Made by a program: the position numbers and the translations under genes. Below the pieces are notes generated by a model that was given only the letters and a program-made list of their open reading frames with translations, did not search any database and was not told the origin of the DNA. From contig OZ025739.1 of assembly GCA_964019335.1 (NCBI GenBank), positions 335,133-399,132 on the forward strand: a stretch of DNA of 64,000 nucleotides, given 5' to 3'. The DNA is from Diplonema japonicum (lineage: Eukaryota > Protista > Euglenozoa: Diplonemea). Positions 1-12,499 of the stretch are shown piece by piece (position 1 is the first letter of the stretch; the number at the start of each line of letters is the position of its first letter).

Positions 1-1213
1 CTTCGTCTCCGTGCTTGACAAGCTTCGTGTGGAGTTTGCACCTGAGGTCAGCACCGATCTATTTATCAAAGCAGACACGAACACAGACTCCAAAGTGTCT
101 TACAGTGAGTTCCAGAGGTTTGCCGAACAGTACCCGACTCTGTTGGACTCTCTTTACTACCGCTCGAGGGACGACGAAGAGAGCGAGAGACATGCACAGC
201 TCATGACCGCTGCCGCTGTGCAGCTACAGGCTGTGCAGAGCCAACACCTGACTGCCCGTGAGCAGACTGCGGATGCTGCGGATCGTGTCACTGCAATGCA
301 GGCTCAAGTTGATCTAGCCAACGAGGCTCTTGGCCAGGCTGAGGCGGTTGAACGTGACGCGAAGGCACTTGTTGACAGCGCACAGGCCGAGACCAATACG
401 GTGCGTGCCACGGTGGGCCAACGTGCCCAGGATGTGGCACAGGCCAAGGAACAGACCAGGTCGAAGGAAGTGCGTGTTGCAGACATTAAAGTAGAGGTGC
501 AGGGCAGCCTTATCGCTCTCAAGAACCAGGAGGCCGAGCGCATCAAGTCGGAGCAACGTCTTGCAGACATCAGGGAGCTCCTCAGGCAGCAGGAGGAGGA
601 GGTATGTTCAATCACATAGAAGGAAAACTTATGAAACAAACAGCTTGCGGTTCAACGGGAGAACGAATCACGCGCAGCTTCGGAACTTGCTGCGGCGGAG
701 GAGAAGCAGGCGCAGGCAGTCACCGAACTTGAACTGCAAAGAGAAGCCATGCAGCTTGCGTGCGAGCACCTCTCCGTGAGTAAGGCGGAACTGAACGATG
801 CACAGGACAGACAGAGAGAGAAGGGTGTGAACCATTTGCAGGCGAAGGACGGCGTCTTGAAGGCAGGCCATAAGAGAGATGAGGATGAAAGAGAGCTCAT
901 GAGGGCAAGGGAGCTAGAAACTGCTAAAAGAATGCTCGAAGCTGATGCCGAGAGAGAAGTAAGCAAGCAAGAACAGATGTGTGAGAGCCTCGCTGCGCAG
1001 AGCGAAGAGCAAAAAGCGAAGCGGAGGGCAACTGAAGAGGAAGAGAGACCCCTTCTCTCCGAAGAGGTTCGCCTCCGTTCCCAACGTGACACCTTAGAAC
1101 AGGAGGAAGCCAACCTTAGAACTAACCACCGCACCTTCCATTGCAACACTGGTCGTTCGGGTGCCCCTTCCGCCTCCCCGTCGAGAGCCCTCTCGCACTC
1201 CCCTACCATGTAA
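1..1213 (+). CDS. EF-hand plus long coiled-coil protein, 5'-partial (starts upstream of the window)
   Basis: EF-hand loop DTNTDSKVSYSEF. ORFs 11..619 and 749..1213 share a frame and join by removing a 42-nt intron 602-643 (GTATGT...AAACAG, holds an in-frame TAG). Confidence 0.8.
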
Positions 1214-1398
1214 TCTTGTTCTTTAACACTTTACATTTTGTATTATTTTCTCCCTACTTTACTTTTTTCTTATCCCCCCTCCCCCCCGCCTTTTGTTGTA
1301 TTCTTACCCTGTTGCTTCCCTTTTTTTCCCCTTCTACGCTCTTCTTTTTTATTTTGCATCGATCAAAAAAAAAAATCATACTCTGCACCCAACAAAGG

Positions 1399-2874
1399 AT
1401 GGCGTTGTTAAGCTGTTTGCTGTGCGCGGTAAGCGCTGCAAAGCCGCATCTGGTGGTCGTTCTGGGCGATGACGTGGGTTACTACAACATGGGGTTCACC
1501 GAGGGGAACCCTGAGGCTACACACCGAACATGGACGAGCTAGCGAAGGGAGGTGCGGTATTGAAGAGACACTATGTGTACAAGTTTTGCAGCCCGACGAG
1601 AAGCTCACTGATGACAGGGCGTCTTCCCATGCACGTCAACCAGGAGAATCCCGACTATAACGGAGGAGGTGTGGATTTGAGGATGACAATGATGCCCTCG
1701 AAGCTGAAATCAGTCGGCAACTCCACACACCACGTTGGGAAATGGCACCTTGGGGAGACGTTCATGGAAAACGTTCCAGCAGAGCGAGGTTTTGACACCT
1801 CCCTCGGGTACCTAGCTGGTTCTGAGGACCACTACACGCAACGACTAGGCGACAACACCGCAGTGGACCTCTGGGAGAACACCGCACCCGCATACGGAAG
1901 AAACGGCACATACGGCTCATACCTCTACACACAGCAGATGGTGGACCTCATCCACCAACATGATGTGGCCAAGCCGTTTTTCTTGTACGCTGCTTTTCAA
2001 AACACACACTTCCCGTACGAAGTGCCGTCTGTCTATCTGAACGAGTCGATCCCTTCCCCTCGTAGGGTGTACCAAGGGCTTGCACGGGTGCTCGATGAAA
2101 GCATCGGCAACATCACATCCGCGTTGAAAGCAAAAGGAATGTGGGGGCAGACACTGTTTCTGTTCAGTTCCGACAACGGTGGCGCGTCAGGGATCGAAGG
2201 CTGTGCAAGCAACAACTATCCCTTGCGGGGCGGGAAGCATCTCGATTACGAGGGTGGGGTGCGTGCTGGTGCTTTCATCAACGGGGGATACCTCCCCAAC
2301 AAGATGCGGGGTGTTGCTGTGGAAGGGTACATCCATAGCCGATTGGTACACCACCTTCGCTGGCCTAGCTGGGTTCGATGCCAAGGATGACCCACCTGGC
2401 GTTCCAGGCGTAGATGGTGTTGACATGTGGCCTATGCTGTCGGGGGAGAACACCACCTCCCCCCGAACAGAGATCCCGCTTTCCGTAACGGCCCTCTCAC
2501 AATGGGAGGAGGGAGGGTTCCCCACAGGGCAGGGGCTCATCGTTGGGGAGTACAAAGTCGTCTTCGACAACAAAAACGATGGTTTTTGGACGTCGCCGCA
2601 ATACCCCAACCAAACCACGCAATGTGGCAGCACCACGAACCCCGGCTGTCCACAAGGTTGTCTGTTTAACATCAACTCTGATCCCTCTGAGTACCACGAC
2701 CTGCGGACCATGCAGCCCGCCATCTTCGCTTCGCTTACCGCCCGCCTCCAGGCACTCTCGCATGAGGTCTTTCAGACAACGTACCCTCTGAATTTCAATA
2801 GTTCCAAGTGCATACCGCAGGCACAGGCTGTGCAGCAGCATCACGGGTTTTCCGCACCACAATGCATTTTATGA
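1399..2874 (+). pseudogene. Secreted arylsulfatase B-like sulfatase (S1 family) with two frameshifts; pseudogene or sequencing error
   Basis: Signal peptide MALLSCLLCAVSA, then KPHLVVVLGDDVG, formylglycine motif CSPTRSSLMTGR, GKWHLG, SSDNGG, NYPLRGGK, EGGVR and CLFNINSDPSE. Spread over three frames: 1 nt missing near 1519 (EA-xTPNMDELA) and 2 nt missing near 2337 (GYIH-I-ADWY). Confidence 0.75.
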
Positions 2875-3170
2875 TGCAAAAAAAAAAAAAAAAAAAAAAA
2901 AAAAAGAAAGAAAAATGATAAAAAGTCGGGTCGTTTATATATTTATAAATCTACATCTTCAAAAAAAAAAAGAAGAAGAAAAAAAAAAAACCAAATAACA
3001 ACGTTACCTCCCTGAGGTTCGCTCTATCCTCTTTTTTTAATTCTCCCCCCCCCCCCTTCCATCATGTACTAGAAATTACCTGAAAATCTTCTTTCTTTTT
3101 TTTTTAAATGCCTCTCCCCCCTCCCAAAAAAAAAAAAAAAAACCCTTCAACAGTCCCGAGTGGGGGTGCC

Positions 3171-4366
3171 ATGACTACGGATGAGGAGCCCACCGTGAAC
3201 ACGGCTCTTGTGAACGAGCCGAAACCTCCGTCGAACGGGACAATGGTGGAGGTACCGAAGACACAAGGCGTAAAGAGTGACAGGAGCGGGTGGGCGAGTG
3301 AGACAGGTGCGGGAAGGACAAAATGCTTATATCAGTGGTTCATCGGCTTCAGTCTAGTGAACGCGTTGGCGGTCGCAGGCCTGTGCGGATACACCTTCCA
3401 CGAAGGGCTCAAGGACCACAGCCAGGTGGCACTGTGGTGCGCGTTGTGGTGTTGTGTGGTGTCAACGGTCTTCACAGGGTTCCAGATACACCTCCACCTC
3501 ACTTCGTACACAAACCCAACGGAGCAAAAGAAGATTATCCGCATCTTGCTGATTGTGCCTGTCTATTCCATCACATCGCTAGCCGCGTTGAAATTTTACA
3601 AAGAAGCTGCCATCTACATCAACCTTGTGAGGGATAGTTACGAGGCGTTTGTTCTGTTTACTTTCTTCGACTTGATGATCGACTACCTGGGGGGGTACTC
3701 AAAGGCGGCGAAACGGATCCGCGCTGCGGGGTACCAGACGATGTCGCACCCGGCACCGTTGTGTTTTCTTTCCGATTTCAAGATCACACGCGGGGTCATC
3801 GTGGGATGGCAGTGCGCCATTATGCAGTATGTCCTGCTGAAGCCGCTTATGGCGTTGATCGCAATCATCTGCAAGGCAAGCGATAAGTACGACGAAGAGG
3901 ACATGTTTGACTTTGGAAACTCATACCCTTGGTTGCTGTTGTTCGAAAACATAAGCGTCACGATTGCCTTCACGTGTTTGTTTTATTTCTATTTGGCGTC
4001 AAAGAAGACAATCAAGGATCGCGACCCTACTGGCAAGTTCATCGCCATCAAGATCGTTGTCTTCCTTTGCTTCTGGCAGGGCATCTTCATCTCGCTTCTT
4101 GTGAAGGAAGGCGTCATCCACAACTCCAACAACGGGTCATGGACAAAGGATCAGGTTGCTACCGGTATGCAGGACTTCTTGGTGTGTATTGAGATGGTGT
4201 TGGTCACCATTTTGCACAAGCGTGCTTTTTCGCACGTTCCTTATCTTCCTGAAAGCGGGCTCCGTTCTGCAAAGGTTAAACTGGCGCATGTCAAGGATGC
4301 CGTCATCGATGTGAGAGATGTGCACCAACACTCTGTTGGCTGTTGGACAGAATTTATCAAGTATGG

Positions 4367-4400
<34 letters not shown>

Positions 4401-4568
4401 AGGTGGTGTAAGTATAAGCTTGGTATTTTGTCGCTTGAGGAGATCGAGATTCTTACTACCCCCAGCAACTCTGTGCACAACACACCCCGGAGCTTCCCCG
4501 TTGACCCGGGGTGTGATGACATGGAGGCGGGCGATTTTCACTCCATGGAGGATAGTGATGCGGATTGA
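3171..4568 (+). CDS. TMEM184 / organic solute transporter alpha-family membrane protein
   Basis: Motifs EQKKIIRILLIVPVYS, RDSYEAFVLFTFF, KFIAIKIVVFLCFWQG and QDFLVCIEM. The 42-nt intron 4361-4402 (GTATGG-A33-CAG) explains the poly-K in the ORF track. ATG 3171 follows a CAACAG acceptor-like site. Confidence 0.9.
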
Positions 4569-5824
4569 AACTGATGGGGGGTTTTTTTCACTCAATTTTA
4601 CTTCATATATTTAATTTTGGAAATATGGCGGTGATTGGGCCCTGCTGGCTCGGTAAAAAAAAAAAAAAAAAGTCTTGGAGTTCGATCCCGGCCTGATGGT
4701 GCTTTTTTTTAAATTTTGACCTCGGATATCGAATGAAGTAAAATTGAGGAAATAAATAAAACCGCCTTATTCATGTCCAATTGAGCTGTTTGTCTCTTGA
4801 AGAAAAGAAGGAAATAAAAAAAAAAAAAAAAAAACGATGCACTCGAAGGGCATTCGCCTCTCGTGCTTTTTTTTTTTTTTTTTTTTTTTTTGTTTCACTC
4901 GAGTGACGGAAAATTTTCATTATTCGTGAATAAATAGTTTTTTTTTTTTCTCTCTTTTTTTTTTTTTAAATTCTCTCAATTTTATTTATTGGACGTTTGT
5001 GTTGCGGGGTCGTATAATGGTGCAAAGAAAAAAAAATACAAATCCGATTCACTTTATTATAGGTTTTGTTCTAAGTCCGGGGGGGGGGGGGGGTCAAAGG
5101 AAAACAATGCACTCCAAAAAACAAAAATAACAAAATACCAGAGACAAGAAAAAAAAAAATCGCTGTTTCAATTTTCTTGACGGGTTTAAGATATGCGTTG
5201 TTATTGTTATTGTTATTATTATTTTTTTGCAAGAACGAGTCTTTGACAGGTTTTACCCGGCACGTACAAACAACGGCCAGTTCCTTCTTTTCTTTTTTTT
5301 TTTTTTTTTTGGTACTTTCCTTGCCCAGCAGGCTCCTTTGAGGGGAGGGGGTACCTCACCTTACAAAAAGAAACTTTTTACTCGTTTTTGTGTCACACCT
5401 TTGGGAGGGGGGGGCATTTTTCTTTCTTTATATTATTATGCTCATGGGGTTTTTCCTTCCCCCCTCTTTCTCTCAGGGTACAAAAAAAAATCAAATCTTT
5501 CTTCCAGGACATATTATCAGGGAAGAAACTGCCTCCCGATTTTTCTTTTTCTTTAAAGCGTTGCTAACCTGGAGAAAAAAGAAAGTTTATTTTTTTTTTA
5601 TTTTATTTTTTTTCGTTTTTTTTTGTTCTTTTCAACTCCCCTTTTTTTTCCGCGCACCGTCGACGTTCTCTTCTCTTTTTTATTTTATTTTTTTTCATTT
5701 TTTATTTTTTTGGCGATGCTCACATACTGCAGGCCCCTAAAGACACGTTTACCCCCCCCTCTTTTTTTTGTCGTGCCCAGAACACATAATAGTTGAAAGG
5801 AAAAAAAAAAAAAAAAAAAAGAAA

Positions 5825-6559
5825 ATGCCCCCTAAAGCGAGAAGTATCTATGAAAGGCAAAATAAAGATTTTATAAAAGAGCAGCAGACACTGAGGAAGG
5901 AAGTAAAGCTGCAACAGGAAGCTGAAAAAGCGAAGGGTGAAAAGCGGGTGGAGCGGATGAAAGCAAAGTACAACACAACAGGGAGGAAACCGGCAGCAGC
6001 AGCGGTGGCAGCATCACCACCAGCTATGCCCCCAAAGCACAGCCAGCAAAGGCATGGAGGGGAGGTGATCGAGGTTTTTGTGAGGGAAACAGAACCTGAG
6101 TTCTCGCATCATTACACAATAGAAGAAGGGATGGCACCACCACCACCCCGTCAAGCACAAGCAGCTCCCACATCTACACCACCTTCCACACACACTACCA
6201 TGTCCTCCTCAAGGACGCAGAACACCAGCTCCCCGAACCTCCATTCTTGCGGCTCCGCTGCTGGCATGGCAGGTGCCGCGCGGAAAAAACCAGCAGGGCA
6301 CATACCAGCTTACTTAAAACAACGAAGGCAAGAGTTAGAGGTTTGTAAATAAAAAACAAAACAAAACAAACCCCCCCCCCCCCCCCCCCCCAGGATGAAA
6401 AAGCTGAAGTCGAGCGCATCCGGAACGAGGTGAAGGAGAAGCAGCGCTACCCTGCTGGTCACATGCCACTGGGCGAGGAGGAGAAGGAGGCTATCCTGAA
6501 GGGGCTGAATTGCAAGAAAGACGAGCTGATGAGTGAGATGAACAGGTATATAGGGGGGG

Positions 6560-6593
<34 letters not shown>

Positions 6594-6723
6594 CAGATTG
6601 CCAATGCGATATGACACTACCTCTGTCCGAAACAGGCGGAATGCCTTGGAGGATCAGATTAGGGAGGTGGAGAACAAAATAGGTACCTTTTCTAGAAAAC
6701 AAGTTTATGTGCCATGCAATTAG
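5825..6723 (+). CDS. Enkurin-domain protein (ENKD1-like, flagellar)
   Basis: Exons 5825-6340, 6394-6545, 6597-6723. Spliced C-terminus GHIPAYLKQRRQELEDEK...YPAGHMPLGEEEKEAILKGL...RLPMRYDTTSVRNRRNALEDQIREVENKIGTFSRKQVYV is a typical enkurin domain. Confidence 0.85.
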
Positions 6724-7400
6724 AGTTTAGACTGGGGCGAAAGGAATAGGAAGAGAAGGGGGAAATGAACGAGGAAGAAAGGGAGAAAACAAAGAATGCC
6801 CCTCTCACCAACACTTATTTTGAACAAAAATAGTGTTTTTTTTTTTTTTTTTGTCTTTTCTTTGTATGTTCCACCCGCCTTTTGATGATGAACAGCAACG
6901 AAGCACGCATATTGCAAAAAAGGCAAAAAATGCCTTTTTTTTTTCCCCTACTCAATTTTTTTCTGTTTGTCCACCCATGGCCCTGGGAGGACTTGATGCA
7001 AAAGGAAGAGGGAAAAGAAAAAAAAGAAAAAAAAAAAAGAACAACAAAAAGAAGGGTGTCAAAGTTTCCCTCTTTTATTCCTCTCTTCTTTCCCCCCACT
7101 CCTTTTATTTCCCTTTTTTTTCTTTTCTTTTCTTTTTCTTTTTTTGTGAAGCCAAACCAGTTATTTTTCTTCTTCTTTTTTTTTTCCACCTTTTCTTTTC
7201 TAGTAGAGTTAAAACCCAGAAAGAAAAAAAAGGGGGGGGGGAACCAACAACAACAACCTTACTCCCCACCTCAACTACCCCTCCGTTATTACTTTTTTTG
7301 TTCCCCTCCCATGCCTATCAATATCTTATAAAGAACCCCACTAAACAAACAAAAAAAAGGGAAAAAAAAAAAAAAAAAAAAAAAAACGGCAGCGAAAAAA

Positions 7401-8898
7401 ATGACAGAAAAGGGATGGAAGGTTATGCGCCCGTTCAACATGATATTTGCATGTGACAAGAAAGGGGGTATCGGGAAGGGAGGGGACCTTCCATGGAGAC
7501 TTCCTACTGACATGAAGCACTTCAAGGAGGCCACCCTGAAGGCGTCGAACAGCAAGGTAGAGGGAAAGTTGAACGCCTGCATCATGGGCCGCAAGACATG
7601 GGCGTCCATCCCGGAGAAGTACAGGCCTCTCGAAGGACGGTTGAACATCGTCCTCTCCACCACCATGAAGCAAGACGACGTGGCCAGCTTGGATAACGTT
7701 GTTGTGGTCAACGGCGGTCTTGAGGAAGCCCTTCACATGCTCGCGGAGAAGAAGTACATCAACACAGTTGACAGAGTGTTCCTCATCGGCGGGGCAACAC
7801 TCTACAACAAGGCTTTTGAATCGCCGTGCAACTCTGTTCTTCACAACATATACCTCACTAAGGTAGACGGCGAGTACGACTGCGATGCCTTCGTCGACTT
7901 CGACTCCAACGAGCGCTTCTTCAACGTCGTGTCCTCCTCCACCGCAGAGGACAAGGACACCAAGATGACATTCACACACTACTCGAAGCGCAACAAAGAG
8001 GAACAGCAGTACCTCGACCTCGTGGAGGACATCATCAAGTCCGGCTTCAAGAAGGGCGACCGTACCGGTGTGGGCACTATATCGAAGTTCGGCGCGCAGA
8101 TGCGCTTCTCAATGCGTGACGGGGTCATCCCGCTCCTTACTACAAAACGCGTTTTCTGGAAAGGCGTTGCCGAGGAGCTCTTCTGGTTCATCAAAGGCTG
8201 CACCGACGGAAGGGTCCTCAAAGAGAAGGGCGTCGGGATCTGGGATGGCAACGGGACAAGGGAGTTCCTGGACAGCCGTGGGCTCAAGGACAGAGAAGAA
8301 GGCGATCTTGGGCCTATCTACGGGTTTCAATGGAGGCACTTCGGTGCTGAGTACAAAGATTGCCACACAGACTACACGGGGAAGGGGGTTGATCAGCTGG
8401 CGCAGGTGATCAATACGATTAGGAACAACCCCAACGACAGGCGGATAATCATGTCTGCCTGGAACCCCATGGCGCTGGATGAGATGGCGCTCCCGCCGTG
8501 CCACGTGATGTGCCAGTTCTACGTGGCCAACGGGGAACTGTCTTGCCAGATGTACCAGAGGTCCTGCGACATGGGTCTTGGTGTCCCTTTCAACATTGCT
8601 TCCTACGCACTTCTCACCATCATCATCGCGCACATGACGGGGCTCAAGCCTGGTGACTTCGTTCACACCCTTGGTGATGCTCACGTTTACTCGAACCACG
8701 TGGAGCCCCTCATGGAGCAGCTTAAGAGGTCGCCTAGACCCTTCCCTGTTCTGAAGGTTTGGATGACTTTAAAAAAAAAAAAATTAATAATTACAGATCC
8801 ACAACCATTACGACACTATTGAGGAGTACAAGATGGAGGACTTCGAGCTTCTCGAGTACAAGCCTTTCCCCACTATTAAGATGGAGATGGCCGTTTGA
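7401..8898 (+). CDS. DHFR-TS: Bifunctional dihydrofolate reductase-thymidylate synthase
   Basis: DHFR motifs [21 protein letters not shown] and [12 protein letters not shown]; TS motifs [19 protein letters not shown] and [18 protein letters not shown]. Removing intron 8757-8796 restores the canonical end ...[20 protein letters not shown]. Confidence 0.97.
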
Positions 8899-9308
8899 TG
8901 AGGGAGGACAACAAGGTCGGGGGCTTCTCAGCCCTTTTCCCCCCTCTGATTTTTTTTTTGAAAATTTGAATGAAAATTCCCCCCTTATTAGATTTTCTAG
9001 CAAAAGCACCAAATACAGAACAACTAAAGAAGAAACGACTCGGAGGTAGTGCTTGAGTTTGTGTGCCGCCTATCTCTATAAAAAAAGAGGGAAAAAAAAA
9101 GGAAGAAAAAAAACGTAGTTTGCCTCGTACTTAACTATTGGTTGCTTGCACCCCCCCTCACCCACTTGTTTCTTTTCTTCTTGAACAGTGAGCACCCCCC
9201 ATGCACACTGAATTCCGTTCATTTTCCCCCCTCTTAGATACTGACTTTTTTGGACTGACTTTCAATTCGTCTTTTTTTTTTTTTTTTTACGCATGCAGAT
9301 GTAGGGCA

Positions 9309-11168
9309 ATGGGGAAGCATAAGACTCCGAGACTGCCCAAGATTGTAATCCAAGCAGCAGTAAAGGTAAAGATAAAAGAATCGAGGGACTCTGTGGTACT
9401 TGATGCTGTAGAAGGGGATACTGCGCCCATGTCGGGGGAGGGCTCTCTTGAGCTTGAATGGGAGTTAGAAAAACTGGAATGTGGTACCACAGTGCACAAA
9501 GCCCGCAGATGGCTTGTTGTAGTAGCGCACCAAAGTTGTACGGTCTTCGAGAAGGCCTTCAGGCGGTTACGCGCCCTCAACGTGCTGCGCCGTCTGTTCA
9601 AGCCCATCATGCTCTTTCGCAGCAACAGGTCAGCAGCGCAGAAACTCCAGGATTCCCTCGGCTTCAGTCAGGATGAGGTGCCCCCTCTTGTCCCCTTCCT
9701 TCGGTCCATCCCCTTGCTTGCTCACTTCCCACTGCCCTTTCTCGAAGCATTTAGCAAGCGGCTTCGCAAGTTAGTCCACAACCCCGGTACTGTCGTTGTT
9801 CATGAAGGTGAATGCCGCGACTTCTACATAGTCACTAGGGGGGTCGTCGATGTCTTGGTCCGCTCGCCCCCTAAGTACACCTTCACCGTGGTTGAGAGGC
9901 TCGGTCGTGGCAACTACTTCGGACAGTTCAACGTCTTCTCAGGAGACAGCCGCGAGGTCGTGAAGGTGCCCCGTGGCTGCGGGTTGTGTGTTCTGTGGAA
10001 GCTCAATAAGCAACAGTTCCACCTGCTTCTCAAGCAGTACGGCAACGCCGCCTCTGTGGCAAACATGAAAAGGCTCCTCATTCAGAAGCGCCAACAGTGT
10101 ATCAGCAAGTACTACCCGCTTTCGCCCAACCACTTCAGGAACTGCGGCAGGAACACCAACCTCAAGGATTTCCACGACGACGCTCTTGACGAGCTCATTG
10201 CGCTGATGCAGCCTGTGTCGTTCCATGGCGGGGACCTTATCCTCACCGAGGGACGTCCCACGACTGGGCTGTTCCTGGTGGTCAACGGGTACGTGGAAAT
10301 AACAAAAAAGATGAGCCTGCCTGCGGTGGAGAGCCAGTGTGAGACCCCAGCTGCACAACCAGCACCTTTTCCTATTTCCGCAACATCGCGAGCGTCTGTT
10401 CCCGTACCACCTCGAGTGCCGTCGACAGCCTTCCGCAGGCACAGCCTGCAACAGCAGTTCTTCAGAGACGAGAAGCGTGTCGCGCTCTTAGGGTCGTGGT
10501 CTGTACTGGGCGAGGAGGAGGCATTGCTATCAAGAAACTGCACGGCGACAGTACGGTGCGTGCACGACGTGGACTGCTGGTTTGTGAAGAGAGACGTTTT
10601 CGTGAGGTACATGCTGTCCTACCCTGTGCTGTTCCTTGCCGCAAAGGATGCGGTGTCGAAGGTACTCGCAGGGCGCAGCCAGATCATTCACTGCCCCATA
10701 GAGTTCCTAAAGGCAAGCCCCGTTCTGAGAGTGTTGCCCACTAAGTTGCTGTCTTTGCTGTCCATGCACGCCAGCTCCGTGATGTTCCGACCTGGCGAAG
10801 AGTTGGTGGTGCGGCAAGAGGTGTGCAGGCTGCTTGTTGTGTATGAGGGTAACGCACACTTCGCGCTGTTCCCCGACGTCTTGCGCAGGGGAAGCAAGTG
10901 TCGATCGTCTGCTGTGCTTTCCTACTTCGCGATAGACGACAAACAGCTCAAGCCAGGTTCAGTCGTCTGTGCAGAGGAAGCTGTGCTCGGCCTTCAATGG
11001 CCGATGCCGTACACGTACCATGCAAGCCAAGCCGGTTGCAAGGCATGGTGCATCACATCGGGACAGCTTCTGCAGTACATTAAACCCACGATTTCCATCT
11101 GGGAATCCCTTGTTCTGAAAGCCAGGTCTGTTGTATGTGAGGGGAAAAGGCCATCTCTATTCATTTGA
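9309..11168 (+). CDS. Protein with several cyclic-nucleotide-binding (cNMP) domains
   Basis: Repeated cNMP-fold signatures: PGTVVVHEGE..DFYIVTRGVVDV..LGRGNYFGQ; GDLILTEG..GLFLVVNGYVEI..LGEEEALL..RNCTATVRC; and a third degenerate copy. Confidence 0.8.
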   Translation: MGKHKTPRLPKIVIQAAVKVKIKESRDSVVLDAVEGDTAPMSGEGSLELEWELEKLECGTTVHKARRWLVVVAHQSCTVFEKAFRRLRALNVLRRLFKPIMLFRSNRSAAQKLQDSLGFSQDEVPPLVPFLRSIPLLAHFPLPFLEAFSKRLRKLVHNPGTVVVHEGECRDFYIVTRGVVDVLVRSPPKYTFTVVERLGRGNYFGQFNVFSGDSREVVKVPRGCGLCVLWKLNKQQFHLLLKQYGNAASVANMKRLLIQKRQQCISKYYPLSPNHFRNCGRNTNLKDFHDDALDELIALMQPVSFHGGDLILTEGRPTTGLFLVVNGYVEITKKMSLPAVESQCETPAAQPAPFPISATSRASVPVPPRVPSTAFRRHSLQQQFFRDEKRVALLGSWSVLGEEEALLSRNCTATVRCVHDVDCWFVKRDVFVRYMLSYPVLFLAAKDAVSKVLAGRSQIIHCPIEFLKASPVLRVLPTKLLSLLSMHASSVMFRPGEELVVRQEVCRLLVVYEGNAHFALFPDVLRRGSKCRSSAVLSYFAIDDKQLKPGSVVCAEEAVLGLQWPMPYTYHASQAGCKAWCITSGQLLQYIKPTISIWESLVLKARSVVCEGKRPSLFI

Positions 11169-11241
11169 CTCTTCCCTTCCTTTTTTTTTTTTTTTGCTGC
11201 TCGTTCGTTTGTATCGCACACAGCACTAGTTCGACATTAAA

Positions 11242-11844
11242 ATGGGAGAAAAGACAAGTGTGAGGGAGACCAGCATGGAGGTGGTCATTGCAATGTTCTC
11301 TGTGCTTGCGTTGGCATGGACGCTGACAGCGAACCTGGGGTTCCTTCCGGCGCTGTTCGGGGAGAGGGCGGAGACGAAGAAGTTCGAGTCCTACGAGGAG
11401 TTCTACCCTCACTACCTCTCGGAGCACAGTGACGCAACATGCAGGCTCTTGCACTTCATTGGGACTAGCATGGTGGTCCTGTGGCTGTTCGTGTGGAACA
11501 TGGGCACTGCTCACAGGTCGGTGGCACTTATTGCCCTTGCCGGTGCCGTTGGTAACATTGTGCAGGAGATGACAAAGGGTGTTCCCACAGCGCAGTACGA
11601 GGCCCTTGGGATGGCTGTTGTGTTCTTCATTGGTTCGCTCGTCCTCAACCAGCGTATCAGCATCTACATCGTGACCATGATTCTGGGATACGGCTTTGCT
11701 TGGGTTGGCCACTTCCAGTTCGAGAAGAACAAGCCTGCAACGTGGACTTACACCACATGGTCGCTCATGAGCGACTTCAGAATGTACTATGAGATCCTCA
11801 ATGGCTCCCTCACAGTTGCCCTGCCCAAGGAGATGATGCAGTGA
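11242..11844 (+). CDS. DUF962 / Mpo1-like membrane protein
   Basis: Motifs FESYEEFYPHYLSEHSDATCRLLHFIGT and GYGFAWVGHFQFEKNKPATW..SLMSDFRM. Confidence 0.88.
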   Translation: MGEKTSVRETSMEVVIAMFSVLALAWTLTANLGFLPALFGERAETKKFESYEEFYPHYLSEHSDATCRLLHFIGTSMVVLWLFVWNMGTAHRSVALIALAGAVGNIVQEMTKGVPTAQYEALGMAVVFFIGSLVLNQRISIYIVTMILGYGFAWVGHFQFEKNKPATWTYTTWSLMSDFRMYYEILNGSLTVALPKEMMQ

Positions 11845-12048
11845 AAAATAATTTTTTTTTTAATTAGATTGAGAAACCCCCCCCCCGTAGTGTTTCCCCC
11901 CTCCCCCCGGACCAGTTTTACCACCACACAGTAAAACCCTTTATTCAACCACGTTTCATGATATGGGAGCCCCTCCCGTGTCTTTCCCCCTTTTTTTTTA
12001 ACCGTGAGTTGCCATGGAATCCCGTGGTCATGCGTTCATGAGACATAC

Positions 12049-12080
<32 letters not shown>

Positions 12081-12499
12081 GATTAGAAAATCGATGGAGG
12101 TATTTAAAAGAATGAAAAAGAAAAAAAAAGAAAAGAAAAAAAAAAAAAAAAAAGTATGAGAAAGGGAAAAAAAAAGATTTTGAGCCACCCACCCACATAG
12201 TTTGTCGATGATGCCTTTTTTTTTTTCCTCCACAGAAAGCAAAAAAAACAATAAAGCATACCCCTTTTGGAAAAATACTGTAAAAGAAAGGGCAATCGCT
12301 CAGAATAACACCCCTCCTCGCTCACTTTTTTTTTTTTTTTTTGCTTTCTTTTTTATTGGTTGCTCTCAACGCATAACTATAATTATTTATTTTTCCACAC
12401 CCCCCACCTCCCTCCTGGAATTACTTTTTTAAACTGGCTCTTTTTTCTCTTTCTGCACCTGTTTTCCTTCCATCTTCACCACAAACCTCAGACCCAGCG

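Noticed and set aside
602-643. Stop-codon readthrough or a variant genetic code at in-frame stops (also 36599 and 44821)
   Set aside because: Each stop lies inside a GT-AG micro-intron; TAA, TAG and TGA all end genes normally.
4620-4710. tRNA or Pol III gene (A-box-like TGGCGGTGATTGG, B-box-like GAGTTCGATCCC, T run)
   Set aside because: T-arm and acceptor stems do not pair and an A run interrupts; at best a very decayed remnant.
4989-7400. Phe/Lys-rich ORFs in spacers and poly-K N-terminal extensions
   Set aside because: Translations of homopolymer runs, not coding.
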